This document shows positions 16,472-24,345 of a stretch of DNA of 34,985 nucleotides, piece by piece. The first letter of the stretch is position 1. Each line of letters opens with the position of its first letter. This stretch comes from Patescibacteria group bacterium (GTDB taxonomy: Bacteria; Patescibacteriota; Minisyncoccia; Phycocordibacterales; UBA12079). The notes below the pieces were generated by a model. That model searched no databases and had not been told where the DNA came from. It saw nothing but the letters and a program-made list of their open reading frames with translations. Where the stretch lies: contig JBDRMF010000015.1 in assembly GCA_043812415.1 (NCBI GenBank), positions 1 through 34,985 on the forward strand. Reading direction: 5' to 3'. Both the position numbers and the translations under genes were made by a program.

Positions 16472-18430
16472 ATGCTTATAATAATGAACAAAAAACACAA
16501 ACAAAAGATTGAAAAAATAATTGAAGGGAATATTTTTATCACCGGCAAAAAAACCGGTTTTATTCGGCAACCTGAAAAAGATATTGAAATTCAAGAACGC
16601 AATTTGAATACCGCTTTGCATAATGACCTTGTCAAAGTTTTAATCACCGGCGAGGGCCGACACAGCCAAGCCAAAATTATTGAAATTATAGAACGCGCCA
16701 AAACAAAATTTGTCGGAACAGCCGTGCGAGACAACGACGGAATTTTTTTAATTCCGGACAATTCCAAATTTTATCCTCGCTTGACAATTCAATCGCCAAC
16801 CGCTCCGGAAATCAAACTTCCGGATAATGAAAATATCAAAGTGTTGGTTGAGTTGTTGCCGTGGACTAACGCTAAAAAAAATCCCGAAGGGAAAATATTA
16901 AAAATTTTAGGCAAGAAAGGCGAGCACGAAACGGAAATAAAATCTATTCTTTACGAGCAAGGTTTTGAATCCGACTTCCCTGTCACGGTTGAAAAAGAAG
17001 CGTTAAAAATCAGTGAACAAGCTCGGCAAGATTTTGAAAATGAAATTTCTAAACGCAGAGATTTCAGAGGCGTAACCACTTTTACCATTGACCCCGACGA
17101 CGCGAAAGATTTTGACGACGCTCTTTCGGTTAAAAAATTGCCAAACGGCGATACTGAAATCGGCGTTCATATCGCCGATGTGTCACATTTTGTCCAAATA
17201 AATTCGCCCATTGACCGCGAAGCCACTGAAAGATGCACTTCGGTTTATTTGGTGGACCGAACTATTCCGATGTTGCCCGAAGTTTTGTCCAATAACCTTT
17301 GTTCGCTTAATCCCGATGAAGACAAATTGACTTATTCGGCTGTTTTTATTCTTGATAAAAACGCCCGAGTCAAAGAAAGATGGTTTGGAGAAACGGTTAT
17401 TCATTCCGATAAAAGATTTTCATATAAGGAAGCTCAAAAAGTTTTAGATACGGGCGGCGGAGAATTTTACGAAGAATTAAATACCTTAAATAATTTGGCA
17501 TTAATTATGCGAACCGAAAGAACCCAACAAGGAGCGATTTCTTTTGGTTCAAACGAATATAAATTTATTCTGAACGCTGATGGTAAACCAACCGCCGTGT
17601 CTAAAAAAGAATTATTGGCGACGATGGAATTGATAGAAGATTTTATGCTTTTGGCCAACAAGGAAGTCGCGGAATATATTGACCGCGAACAAAAAATAAG
17701 AAAAGTTGTTATGCCTTTTGTGTATCGCATTCACGACCAACCTAAACCTGACCAAATTAAAGAATTAAAAGAATTTTTAAAAACTATCGGTTATCATTTG
17801 CCTCTCAAAAACGGTCTGGTTTCTTCGCAAGATTTAAACGCATTATTGGAAAAAATTGAAAACGAACCCGAGGGAAATTTAATCGCGACCGCAGTCTTAA
17901 AATCAATGGCGAAAGCGATTTATTCCGTCAACAATATTGGGCATTATGGTTTGGCTTTCAAACATTACACTCATTTTACTTCCCCGATTCGCCGTTATCC
18001 GGATATAATGACACATCGTTTGATGAAAAAATATTTGTTAAACAGCAAACTTTCAATTCGTTCCAAACAAAAATACAAAGAATTAACCGCGCGATCCACC
18101 GCGCAAGAAATCGCGGCAACTCAAGCGGAGAGGTCTTCGGTGAAATATAAATTTGTTGAATTTATGTCGGAAAAAATCGGAGAAGAATTCGCTGGCATCA
18201 TTTCTGGCATCACAAAATGGGGCGTTTATGTTCAAATTGAAAATGGCGCAGAAGGAATGATTAGCGTTCGTTCGCTGAAAGACGATTATTATGAATTGGA
18301 CACAAAAAAATATTGCCTGATCGGACAAAAGACACGCAACACTTATCGCCTCGGCGACGAAATAAAAGTTTGCTTGGTCAAAACCGATTTGGACCAAAAG
18401 ACGATTGATTTTGAATTATTGGCGGATTAA
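16472..18430 (+). CDS. rnr: ribonuclease R (RNB family 3'-5' exoribonuclease)
   Basis: 652 aa with RNB core blocks (TIDPDDAKDFDDALS, YLVDRTIPMLPE, HYGLAFKHYTHFTSPIRRYPD) and a C-terminal S1 domain (GIISGITKWGVYVQIENGAEGMI). The start could instead be the ATG at 16484. Confidence 0.9.
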   Translation: MLIIMNKKHKQKIEKIIEGNIFITGKKTGFIRQPEKDIEIQERNLNTALHNDLVKVLITGEGRHSQAKIIEIIERAKTKFVGTAVRDNDGIFLIPDNSKFYPRLTIQSPTAPEIKLPDNENIKVLVELLPWTNAKKNPEGKILKILGKKGEHETEIKSILYEQGFESDFPVTVEKEALKISEQARQDFENEISKRRDFRGVTTFTIDPDDAKDFDDALSVKKLPNGDTEIGVHIADVSHFVQINSPIDREATERCTSVYLVDRTIPMLPEVLSNNLCSLNPDEDKLTYSAVFILDKNARVKERWFGETVIHSDKRFSYKEAQKVLDTGGGEFYEELNTLNNLALIMRTERTQQGAISFGSNEYKFILNADGKPTAVSKKELLATMELIEDFMLLANKEVAEYIDREQKIRKVVMPFVYRIHDQPKPDQIKELKEFLKTIGYHLPLKNGLVSSQDLNALLEKIENEPEGNLIATAVLKSMAKAIYSVNNIGHYGLAFKHYTHFTSPIRRYPDIMTHRLMKKYLLNSKLSIRSKQKYKELTARSTAQEIAATQAERSSVKYKFVEFMSEKIGEEFAGIISGITKWGVYVQIENGAEGMISVRSLKDDYYELDTKKYCLIGQKTRNTYRLGDEIKVCLVKTDLDQKTIDFELLAD

Positions 18431-18440
18431 AAAAGGGATC

Positions 18441-18516
18441 GCTTCGTCGTTTCGCTATCGCTCCACTCCTCGCAAAGACGGATTTTGGCGAAGCCACGCC
18501 TAACAGGTGGTCAAAC
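18441..18516. repeat. modular intergenic repeat shared with the 11.8-12.0 kb region
   Basis: 18441-18479 (GCTTCGTCGTTTCGCTATCGCTCCACTCCTCGCAAAGAC) matches 11796-11833 with a few differences. 18493-18516 (GCCACGCCTAACAGGTGGTCAAAC) resembles 12017-12038 and, inverted, 11776-11797. Confidence 0.75.
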
Positions 18517-18918
18517 AGTCCAGAAATTTTTTGATTTAATTATTCCAAAATCCAAATTATTCCAAATTAGTCAAATCAAATCCAAATGACAAAATCCAAC
18601 ACAGATTAAATTAAAAGTAATCCAAATTATTCCAAATTGTTCAAATGAAATCCAAAAACTAAAACCTAAAAAAATTTAAACATAATTTTGACATTTGACA
18701 TTTGAGCTTGATTTGGAGTAATTTGAGCTTTGGACTTTGAACTTTGAACTTTGAAATTTTATCTTGTTAGTGAACATTCAATCATTGGAACATTAATCAT
18801 TCAATCAAAATTCGAAATTCAAACTTCAAAATTAATTTTTATTTAGCGCTAATTAATTTTTGTAATTTGTGGTTTGTTACAGTTCAAGTTTCCCAAAAAC
18901 TATTATATAATAGCACTA

Positions 18919-21561
18919 ATGTTATCAGAAACAAAAGACAATTGGTATAGTCTGGAAAAAACTGAACTGAAAAAAACGCTGAAAACGGATTTCAAAAACG
19001 GTTTGACCGCGGCGGATGTTTTGGAGCGGCAAAGAAAAGGCGGGAAAAATGTTTTAACGGTCAAACGGCAAATCACCTTTTGGCTCAAATTTATCACTCA
19101 CTTAAAAAGTCCGCTGGTTTTTGTTTTAATCGGCGCCGGACTGGTCGCCGTGATTTTAGGCCAGTTTTTAGACGCGCTGGTTATTTTTTTGGTGGTAATA
19201 ATCAATTTGGCGGTTGGAATTTTCCAAGAAAACAAAGCGGACCAGGCGTTTGAAAAACTAAATACCGCCCAGAAAAAATACGCGACGGTTCTGCGCGGCG
19301 GCGCGCTCAAAGTTGTGTTGGCTTCGGAATTGGTTCGGGGCGATATTGTCATTTTGACGGCGGGAGTGTCCGTTCCGGCCGACCTGAGAATTTTTGAGGC
19401 GAAGGATTTGTCGGTGAACGAGGCGGTTTTGACGGGCGAATGGCTGGGCGCGACGAAAAACGCGCGGCCGATTCTTGAAAAAGAAGTCGCTCTCAAAAAC
19501 CAGTCCAATATGGTTTGGATGGGAACTCTGATTTCCGCGGGCTACGGGAAAGGCGCGGTTGTGGAAACAGGCAAAAAAACTCAATTGGGCAAAATCTCTG
19601 AAAGTTTGTCCGATTTTGAGGAGAGCACGCCGCTGAAAAGAAAAATAAATAAGATAGTTCGGTTTTTGTTTTATATTGTTTTATTATCAGTCGCGGTGAT
19701 TTTTGGGGCGGGTATTTACCAGGGCGAAACTTATTTGAATATGTTTTTGATTGTCATCGCGATTGCCATCGCGGTGGTTCCAGAAGGTTTGCCCATCGCT
19801 CTAACTTCGGTTTTGGCGGTGGGGATGAAAAAGGTTTTGAAAAAGGGCGGTCTGATTAAAAACTTGCTGGCCTCGGAGACATTGGGAAATGTGTCCGTAA
19901 TTTTAACCGACAAAACCGGCACTCTCACCGAAGCCGAAATGAAACTTTCCCATATTTTCACGCGTGCCGATTTGGAGGAAGACCGCAAGGAAATTCTCAC
20001 TCTGGCGGTGATTAGCTCGGACGCGTTTATTGAAACGGGGGAAGGGAATAAATTAATCATTCGAGGCCGGCCGCTGGAAAAAGCGATTATTGCCGCCGGG
20101 CTGGAACAGGGCGCGGTTCAAAGCGACTTAAAGAACGAACATAAACGGCTGGACTTGTTATTATTTTCGTCTGATAACGGCTACGCGGTGTCTCTTAACC
20201 AAACTGCGGGGAAAGAAAATAAAATTTATGTTTCCGGCCGTCCCGGCGCGCTTCTGGAAAAATCAAAATTTATTTTGAAGAACGGGCGGACAGAAAAAAT
20301 TAACTCAGACGACATCGGGTATTTCAAGCGGGTTTTGCGGGAAAAAACCAATCAAGGCGCGCGGGTGACGGCGGTTGCGTTTGCACCTGTGGCTTGGAAA
20401 AAAATTCCCGACCAATTGCCGGCTAATTTGGTTTTTGGCGGCCTCTTGGCGTTTGACGACCCCCTCAGAAAAGACGCACGTCAGTCTGTTGGTTTGACCA
20501 AAGAATTGGGGATCAGGACTATTATGCTCACGGGTGACAACGAAGGCACTGCCCGAAAAATCGCCGAGGAAGCGGGCATAATTGGAAAAGGCGGGCGGGT
20601 GCTGGTGGGCTCAATTCTTGAAAAAATGAGCGACAAAGAATTAAACGCCGCGCTGGACGAAGCGGATGTTTTTGCCGAAATGACCCCCGCACAGAAATTA
20701 AGAGTCTCCAAGATATTAAAAGAGAAAGGGGAAGTCGTGGCCATGACCGGCGACGGCATCAACGACGCGCCGGCGCTGAAAAACGCGGATGTCGGCATCG
20801 CGGTTGAGAGCGGGACGGAAGTCGCCAAAGAAGCGGCTGATATGATTTTGTTAAACAACAGTTTTTCCGTTATTGTGTTCGCGATAGAAGAGGGGCGGCG
20901 GATCATTGACAATCTAAAAAAAATTGTCGCCTATCTTTTGTCAACCAGTTTCAGCGAAGTATTTGTCATCGGGGGCGCTCTTTTTATGGGTTTTCCTCTG
21001 CCGATTTTGGCGCCTCAAATTTTGTGGATAAATATCATTGAGGAAGGTCTGATGAATTTCGCTTTTGTGTTTGAGCCAAAAGAAAAATATATAAAAAGCC
21101 GCGATTTTTTTTCGGCGAATCAGGAAATTCTGACGGCTCGGCTTAAAAGAATGATATTGACAACAGGTTTGATTACGGGTCTGTTTGTGACGGGCTTGTA
21201 TTTTATTTTAGTCAGTCTTAATTTGCCGCCGGACCGAATCAGGACGATTGTTTTCGCCGCCCTGTCTGTTGATTCTCTTTTTATCGCTTTTTCCCTCAAA
21301 TCGCTGTATCAGCCGATTTGGAAAATCAATTTATTTTCTAACCGTTTTCTCATTGGGGCGTGGCTGTCCAGTATGGGAATGATTTTGGCCGCTCTTTATG
21401 TTCCGTTTTTGCAAGTGGTTCTGCGCACTATTCCGCTTGATTGGTCCGACCTCGCGCTTGTTTTTGGCGTCGGTCTTTTTAACCTGATTCTCATAGAAAT
21501 TACCAAATACCTCTTTTTTGAAAAAAACAGCGGTTTAAATAACGGTTTGGCAATCTCTTAG
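18919..21561 (+). CDS. P-type cation-transporting ATPase (P2/Ca2+-ATPase-like)
   Basis: DKTGTLT phosphorylation site, TGDGINDAPAL hinge and PEGLP in the TM4 region. The start is set at ATG 18919 (MLSETKDNWYSL...); the TTG at 18874 in the ORF track is unlikely. TATAAT at 18906-18911 ends 7 nt before the ATG. Confidence 0.9.
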   Translation: MLSETKDNWYSLEKTELKKTLKTDFKNGLTAADVLERQRKGGKNVLTVKRQITFWLKFITHLKSPLVFVLIGAGLVAVILGQFLDALVIFLVVIINLAVGIFQENKADQAFEKLNTAQKKYATVLRGGALKVVLASELVRGDIVILTAGVSVPADLRIFEAKDLSVNEAVLTGEWLGATKNARPILEKEVALKNQSNMVWMGTLISAGYGKGAVVETGKKTQLGKISESLSDFEESTPLKRKINKIVRFLFYIVLLSVAVIFGAGIYQGETYLNMFLIVIAIAIAVVPEGLPIALTSVLAVGMKKVLKKGGLIKNLLASETLGNVSVILTDKTGTLTEAEMKLSHIFTRADLEEDRKEILTLAVISSDAFIETGEGNKLIIRGRPLEKAIIAAGLEQGAVQSDLKNEHKRLDLLLFSSDNGYAVSLNQTAGKENKIYVSGRPGALLEKSKFILKNGRTEKINSDDIGYFKRVLREKTNQGARVTAVAFAPVAWKKIPDQLPANLVFGGLLAFDDPLRKDARQSVGLTKELGIRTIMLTGDNEGTARKIAEEAGIIGKGGRVLVGSILEKMSDKELNAALDEADVFAEMTPAQKLRVSKILKEKGEVVAMTGDGINDAPALKNADVGIAVESGTEVAKEAADMILLNNSFSVIVFAIEEGRRIIDNLKKIVAYLLSTSFSEVFVIGGALFMGFPLPILAPQILWINIIEEGLMNFAFVFEPKEKYIKSRDFFSANQEILTARLKRMILTTGLITGLFVTGLYFILVSLNLPPDRIRTIVFAALSVDSLFIAFSLKSLYQPIWKINLFSNRFLIGAWLSSMGMILAALYVPFLQVVLRTIPLDWSDLALVFGVGLFNLILIEITKYLFFEKNSGLNNGLAIS

Positions 21562-21632
21562 TGCTCCAAGCACTAACAGAAAAATGTGAGATATTATAAG
21601 GTTGTTTTGGGTTCTGTTAGTGCTTGGAGCAC
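21561..21632. repeat. hairpin element with GTGCTCCAAGCAC core (copy 1)
   Basis: 21-bp perfect inverted repeat (21561-21581 / 21612-21632) around a 30-nt spacer, starting at the last base of the ATPase stop codon. It shares its core with the element at 26508-26603. Confidence 0.8.
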
Positions 21633-21925
21633 CAATAGTACTAATAGAATTAGGGATAAAAGCGCCAAACACCAAGACACAAGAAACAATAACCAAAAAA
21701 ATAATCAAACACCAAACACCAAAATTCAAACGATTTGGAATTTGACGGACGTCGGACATCCGTCAAAGCGTTCCACTCGTTATTGGTTATTGAATTTTTT
21801 TGATGTTTGTTTTGTATTTTGTCTATTGTATCTTTTTTCACTTGGTGCTTGGAATACTGAATAATACACTTCCACCTCCCGTCTTCAACTTTTAACTTTC
21901 AACTTTTTACTATATACTATGTCAT

Positions 21926-22996
21926 ATGTCTAATTTAACTGTTTTTATTATTGTCGTTTTGTTTTTTGCTTTGAACGCAGGTTTTTTGTGGTTTTTGTGG
22001 ATGCAAATTAAAAAAGGGCAGGAAAAAAATAACGGCGGGCAGGATGAAAAAAGTTTTTTGATGCTCCAAAATCAAATGCAAGAATTGAATAAAACTTTAG
22101 ATTTGAAAATGGGGGAGTCGGCGAAATTGATGAACGACTCGGTTAAAATTCAATTTAGCGAATCGCAAAAACTTATTAAAGACATCACCGGCGAATTGTC
22201 AAAAGTTAAGGAAACAGGCCGGCAGGTCGTGAGTTTCGCCGACCAGCTCAAAAATTTGCAGGATATTTTGAAAAATCCGAAACAGCGGGGGGTTTTGGGA
22301 GAATACTATTTGGAAACGGTGTTGAAAAATGTTTTGCCGCCGGGTCGGTTTCAAATGCAGTATAAATTCGCGGGTGGCGAGATTGTGGACGCGGCAGTTT
22401 TTTTGGACAAGGGGAAAGTTTTACCGATTGACTCCAAGTTTTCTTTGGAAAATTATAATAAAATAATTCAAGAAAATAATCCGGCGGAAAAAGAACGGCT
22501 AGAAAAATTATTCAAGCAGGATTTGAAAACCAGAATTGACGAAACGGCGAAATATATCAGACCCAAAGAAGGAACGATGGATTTCGCTTTTATGTTTATT
22601 CCGTCCGAGGGAATTTATTACGATTTGCTGATTGGCAAAGTAGGCGTCGTGGACAGCGTCAGTTTGATTGAATACGCTTTTCAGAAAAAGAAAGTGATTA
22701 TTGTGTCGCCGACTTCTTTTTTGGCGTATTTGCAAACAGTGTTGCAGGGTTTGCGGTCGCTCCAAATTGAAGAAAAAGCGCAGGATATTATTAAGTGGGT
22801 GGGGAATTTGGGCAAGCATATCAATTCCTACGAGGATTTTATTAAAAAATTAGGTAGTTCGTTGGCGACTACGGTTAATCAATACAACCAGTCCAATCGT
22901 GAATTCAAAAAGATAGACAAAGATGTTTTGAGAATAACCGGCCAGTCCAACGCCGTGGACATCGCGCTGATTGAAAAACCGGAAAGAGAGGAATGA
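21926..22996 (+). CDS. rmuC: DNA recombination protein RmuC
   Basis: 356 aa with an N-terminal TM helix, a coiled-coil stretch and a conserved RmuC-like C-terminal region (LPIDSKF, DFAFMFIPSEGIYY, VIIVSPTSFLAYL). TATACT at 21913-21918 ends 7 nt before the ATG. Confidence 0.85.
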   Translation: MSNLTVFIIVVLFFALNAGFLWFLWMQIKKGQEKNNGGQDEKSFLMLQNQMQELNKTLDLKMGESAKLMNDSVKIQFSESQKLIKDITGELSKVKETGRQVVSFADQLKNLQDILKNPKQRGVLGEYYLETVLKNVLPPGRFQMQYKFAGGEIVDAAVFLDKGKVLPIDSKFSLENYNKIIQENNPAEKERLEKLFKQDLKTRIDETAKYIRPKEGTMDFAFMFIPSEGIYYDLLIGKVGVVDSVSLIEYAFQKKKVIIVSPTSFLAYLQTVLQGLRSLQIEEKAQDIIKWVGNLGKHINSYEDFIKKLGSSLATTVNQYNQSNREFKKIDKDVLRITGQSNAVDIALIEKPEREE

Positions 22997-23157
22997 GTTA
23001 AAAGTCCATAAAGTCCATAAAGTTAAAAGAAACGAGGCGAATTTTGGCTCTGCCAAAATCTGCCTATAGAAATTTACCACAAAATTTGACACCGCGGACT
23101 GTTTGCTATAAGATGTAACGCACATTGATTAACATTGATTAAAATTAAAATATTTTT

Positions 23158-23427
23158 ATGCCAACCACAATTCCAATCACAAAAGCGAGAATAAATTTAG
23201 GCGCGATTGTCAAACGAGCCAGTCTGAATAAGGAAAAATTTATTTTAGAAAAGGACGGGTATCCTGTGGCGGTTTTGATGGACATTGATGAATACGAAGA
23301 TTTCGTGGAGCAACGCAATCCCAGAATTCAAAAAATACTGAAAGAATCACACCAAGATTATTTAGCCGGCAGAGTTCAGTCGGCGCGAGAATTATTGAAA
23401 GAATTAAAAAAAGAGAATGGAATATAA
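23158..23427 (+). CDS. type II antitoxin, Phd/YefM family
   Basis: 89 aa. The N-terminal ITKARINLGAIVKRASLNKEKFILEKDGYPVAVLMDIDEYEDF is a typical Phd/YefM fold signature. It overlaps the downstream toxin gene by 11 nt. Confidence 0.8.
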   Translation: MPTTIPITKARINLGAIVKRASLNKEKFILEKDGYPVAVLMDIDEYEDFVEQRNPRIQKILKESHQDYLAGRVQSARELLKELKKENGI

Positions 23428-23689
23428 AATAACATCCACTCTAAAATTCAAAAAAGACATTAGAAAACTTATCAAGCGGGATAAAATAATTATTTCTTTT
23501 TATGAAAAAGTTTTAGATATTTTAGAAAAGGGCTCTTTTGAGAATAAAATAAAAAAATTAAAAGATGTTAAAAAAGATGATTTGGGGCAATGGCGAATTC
23601 GCGTAGGGCAATATCGGTTCCGTTTTGATATTGAAAAGAAAAAAATAATTTTGAAATTTGTCGGACACCGTATAGATTCTTATCGCTAA
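23417..23689 (+). CDS. type II toxin, RelE/ParE superfamily
   Basis: 90 aa, basic. WRIRVGQYRFRFDIEKKKIILKFVGHR matches the RelE/ParE beta-sheet core pattern (YRIR.GDYR..Y......I....I.HR). Confidence 0.72.
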   Translation: MEYKITSTLKFKKDIRKLIKRDKIIISFYEKVLDILEKGSFENKIKKLKDVKKDDLGQWRIRVGQYRFRFDIEKKKIILKFVGHRIDSYR

Positions 23690-23691
23690 AT

Positions 23692-23720
23692 TTGACATAA
23701 GACGCGCGCGGCAATATAAT
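23692..23720 (+). promoter_or_regulatory. consensus sigma-70-type promoter of groES-groEL
   Basis: TTGACA (23692-23697), a 17-nt spacer, then TATAAT (23715-23720), 46 nt upstream of the groES ATG. No CIRCE inverted repeat is visible downstream. Confidence 0.6.
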
Positions 23721-23766
23721 GAAGCAGTCTTGTTATCAATTTATTACTAACTTAATTTAATTTTTT

Positions 23767-24159
23767 ATGTCTAAAAAAACAAAGAAAGGAATTAAAAAAA
23801 CGGTCAAAGCGGTCAAAAAAAGCGGAAAAAAAATGACGGAAAAGGCGAAAGGCGTTAAAAGCGCGATAATTCCTTTGGCGGACCGAGTATTGGTTCGACC
23901 TTTGACGGAAGCGGAAATGGAGAAAAAAACTAATTTTGGAATTATTATTCCCGAGACAATTGACGAAGGCAAAGTAAAAGACCAAGGAATTGTGGTGGCG
24001 GTGGGGAAGGGAAAATACGACGATGGTAAATTAAACCCGATGACCGTAAAAGAAGGCGACCGCGTGGTTTTTTCAAGATACGGGTTTGACGAAGTAAAAT
24101 TAAAAGGCGAAGAATATTTTATTTTGAAAGAAGAAAACATTTTAGCCATTATTAAATAA
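23767..24159 (+). CDS. groES: co-chaperonin GroES with Lys-rich N-terminal extension
   Basis: The GroES core starts at IIPLADRVLVRP (residue about 34) and continues GIIIPET...GIVVAVGKG...GDRVVFSRYG. It is preceded by MSKKTKKGIKKTVKAVKKSGKKMTEKAKGVKSA. An alternative start is ATG 23833. Confidence 0.88.
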   Translation: MSKKTKKGIKKTVKAVKKSGKKMTEKAKGVKSAIIPLADRVLVRPLTEAEMEKKTNFGIIIPETIDEGKVKDQGIVVAVGKGKYDDGKLNPMTVKEGDRVVFSRYGFDEVKLKGEEYFILKEENILAIIK

Positions 24160-24345
24160 AAAATTTAAGAGGAACAAATTTTGAATTTAAAATTTTGAAT
24201 TTTAATTCAATTTTGAATGACTGAATTTTGAATGTTTAAACATTCTGTCATTAAAAATTTGTTATTCAACCAAAATTCGAAATTCGAAATTCTTTTTGAG
24301 ACCCAACTTTTTATTAAAAAATAATAATTAATCTGCAATAAAGAT

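Noticed and set aside
16246-16512. 88-aa ORF upstream of RNase R.
   Set aside because: Its translation is a run of F/I/L/Y (FVCFIYLFIYLFICFIYFILF) produced by the TTTATTT microsatellite and the 48-nt palindrome. It also overlaps the rnr start, so it is not a plausible gene.
21586-21864. 92-aa plus-strand and 63-aa minus-strand ORFs between the ATPase gene and rmuC.
   Set aside because: Both run through the long imperfect inverted repeat, which is A/C-rich on one arm and G/T-rich on the other. The two overlapping frames on opposite strands are a by-product of that symmetry.
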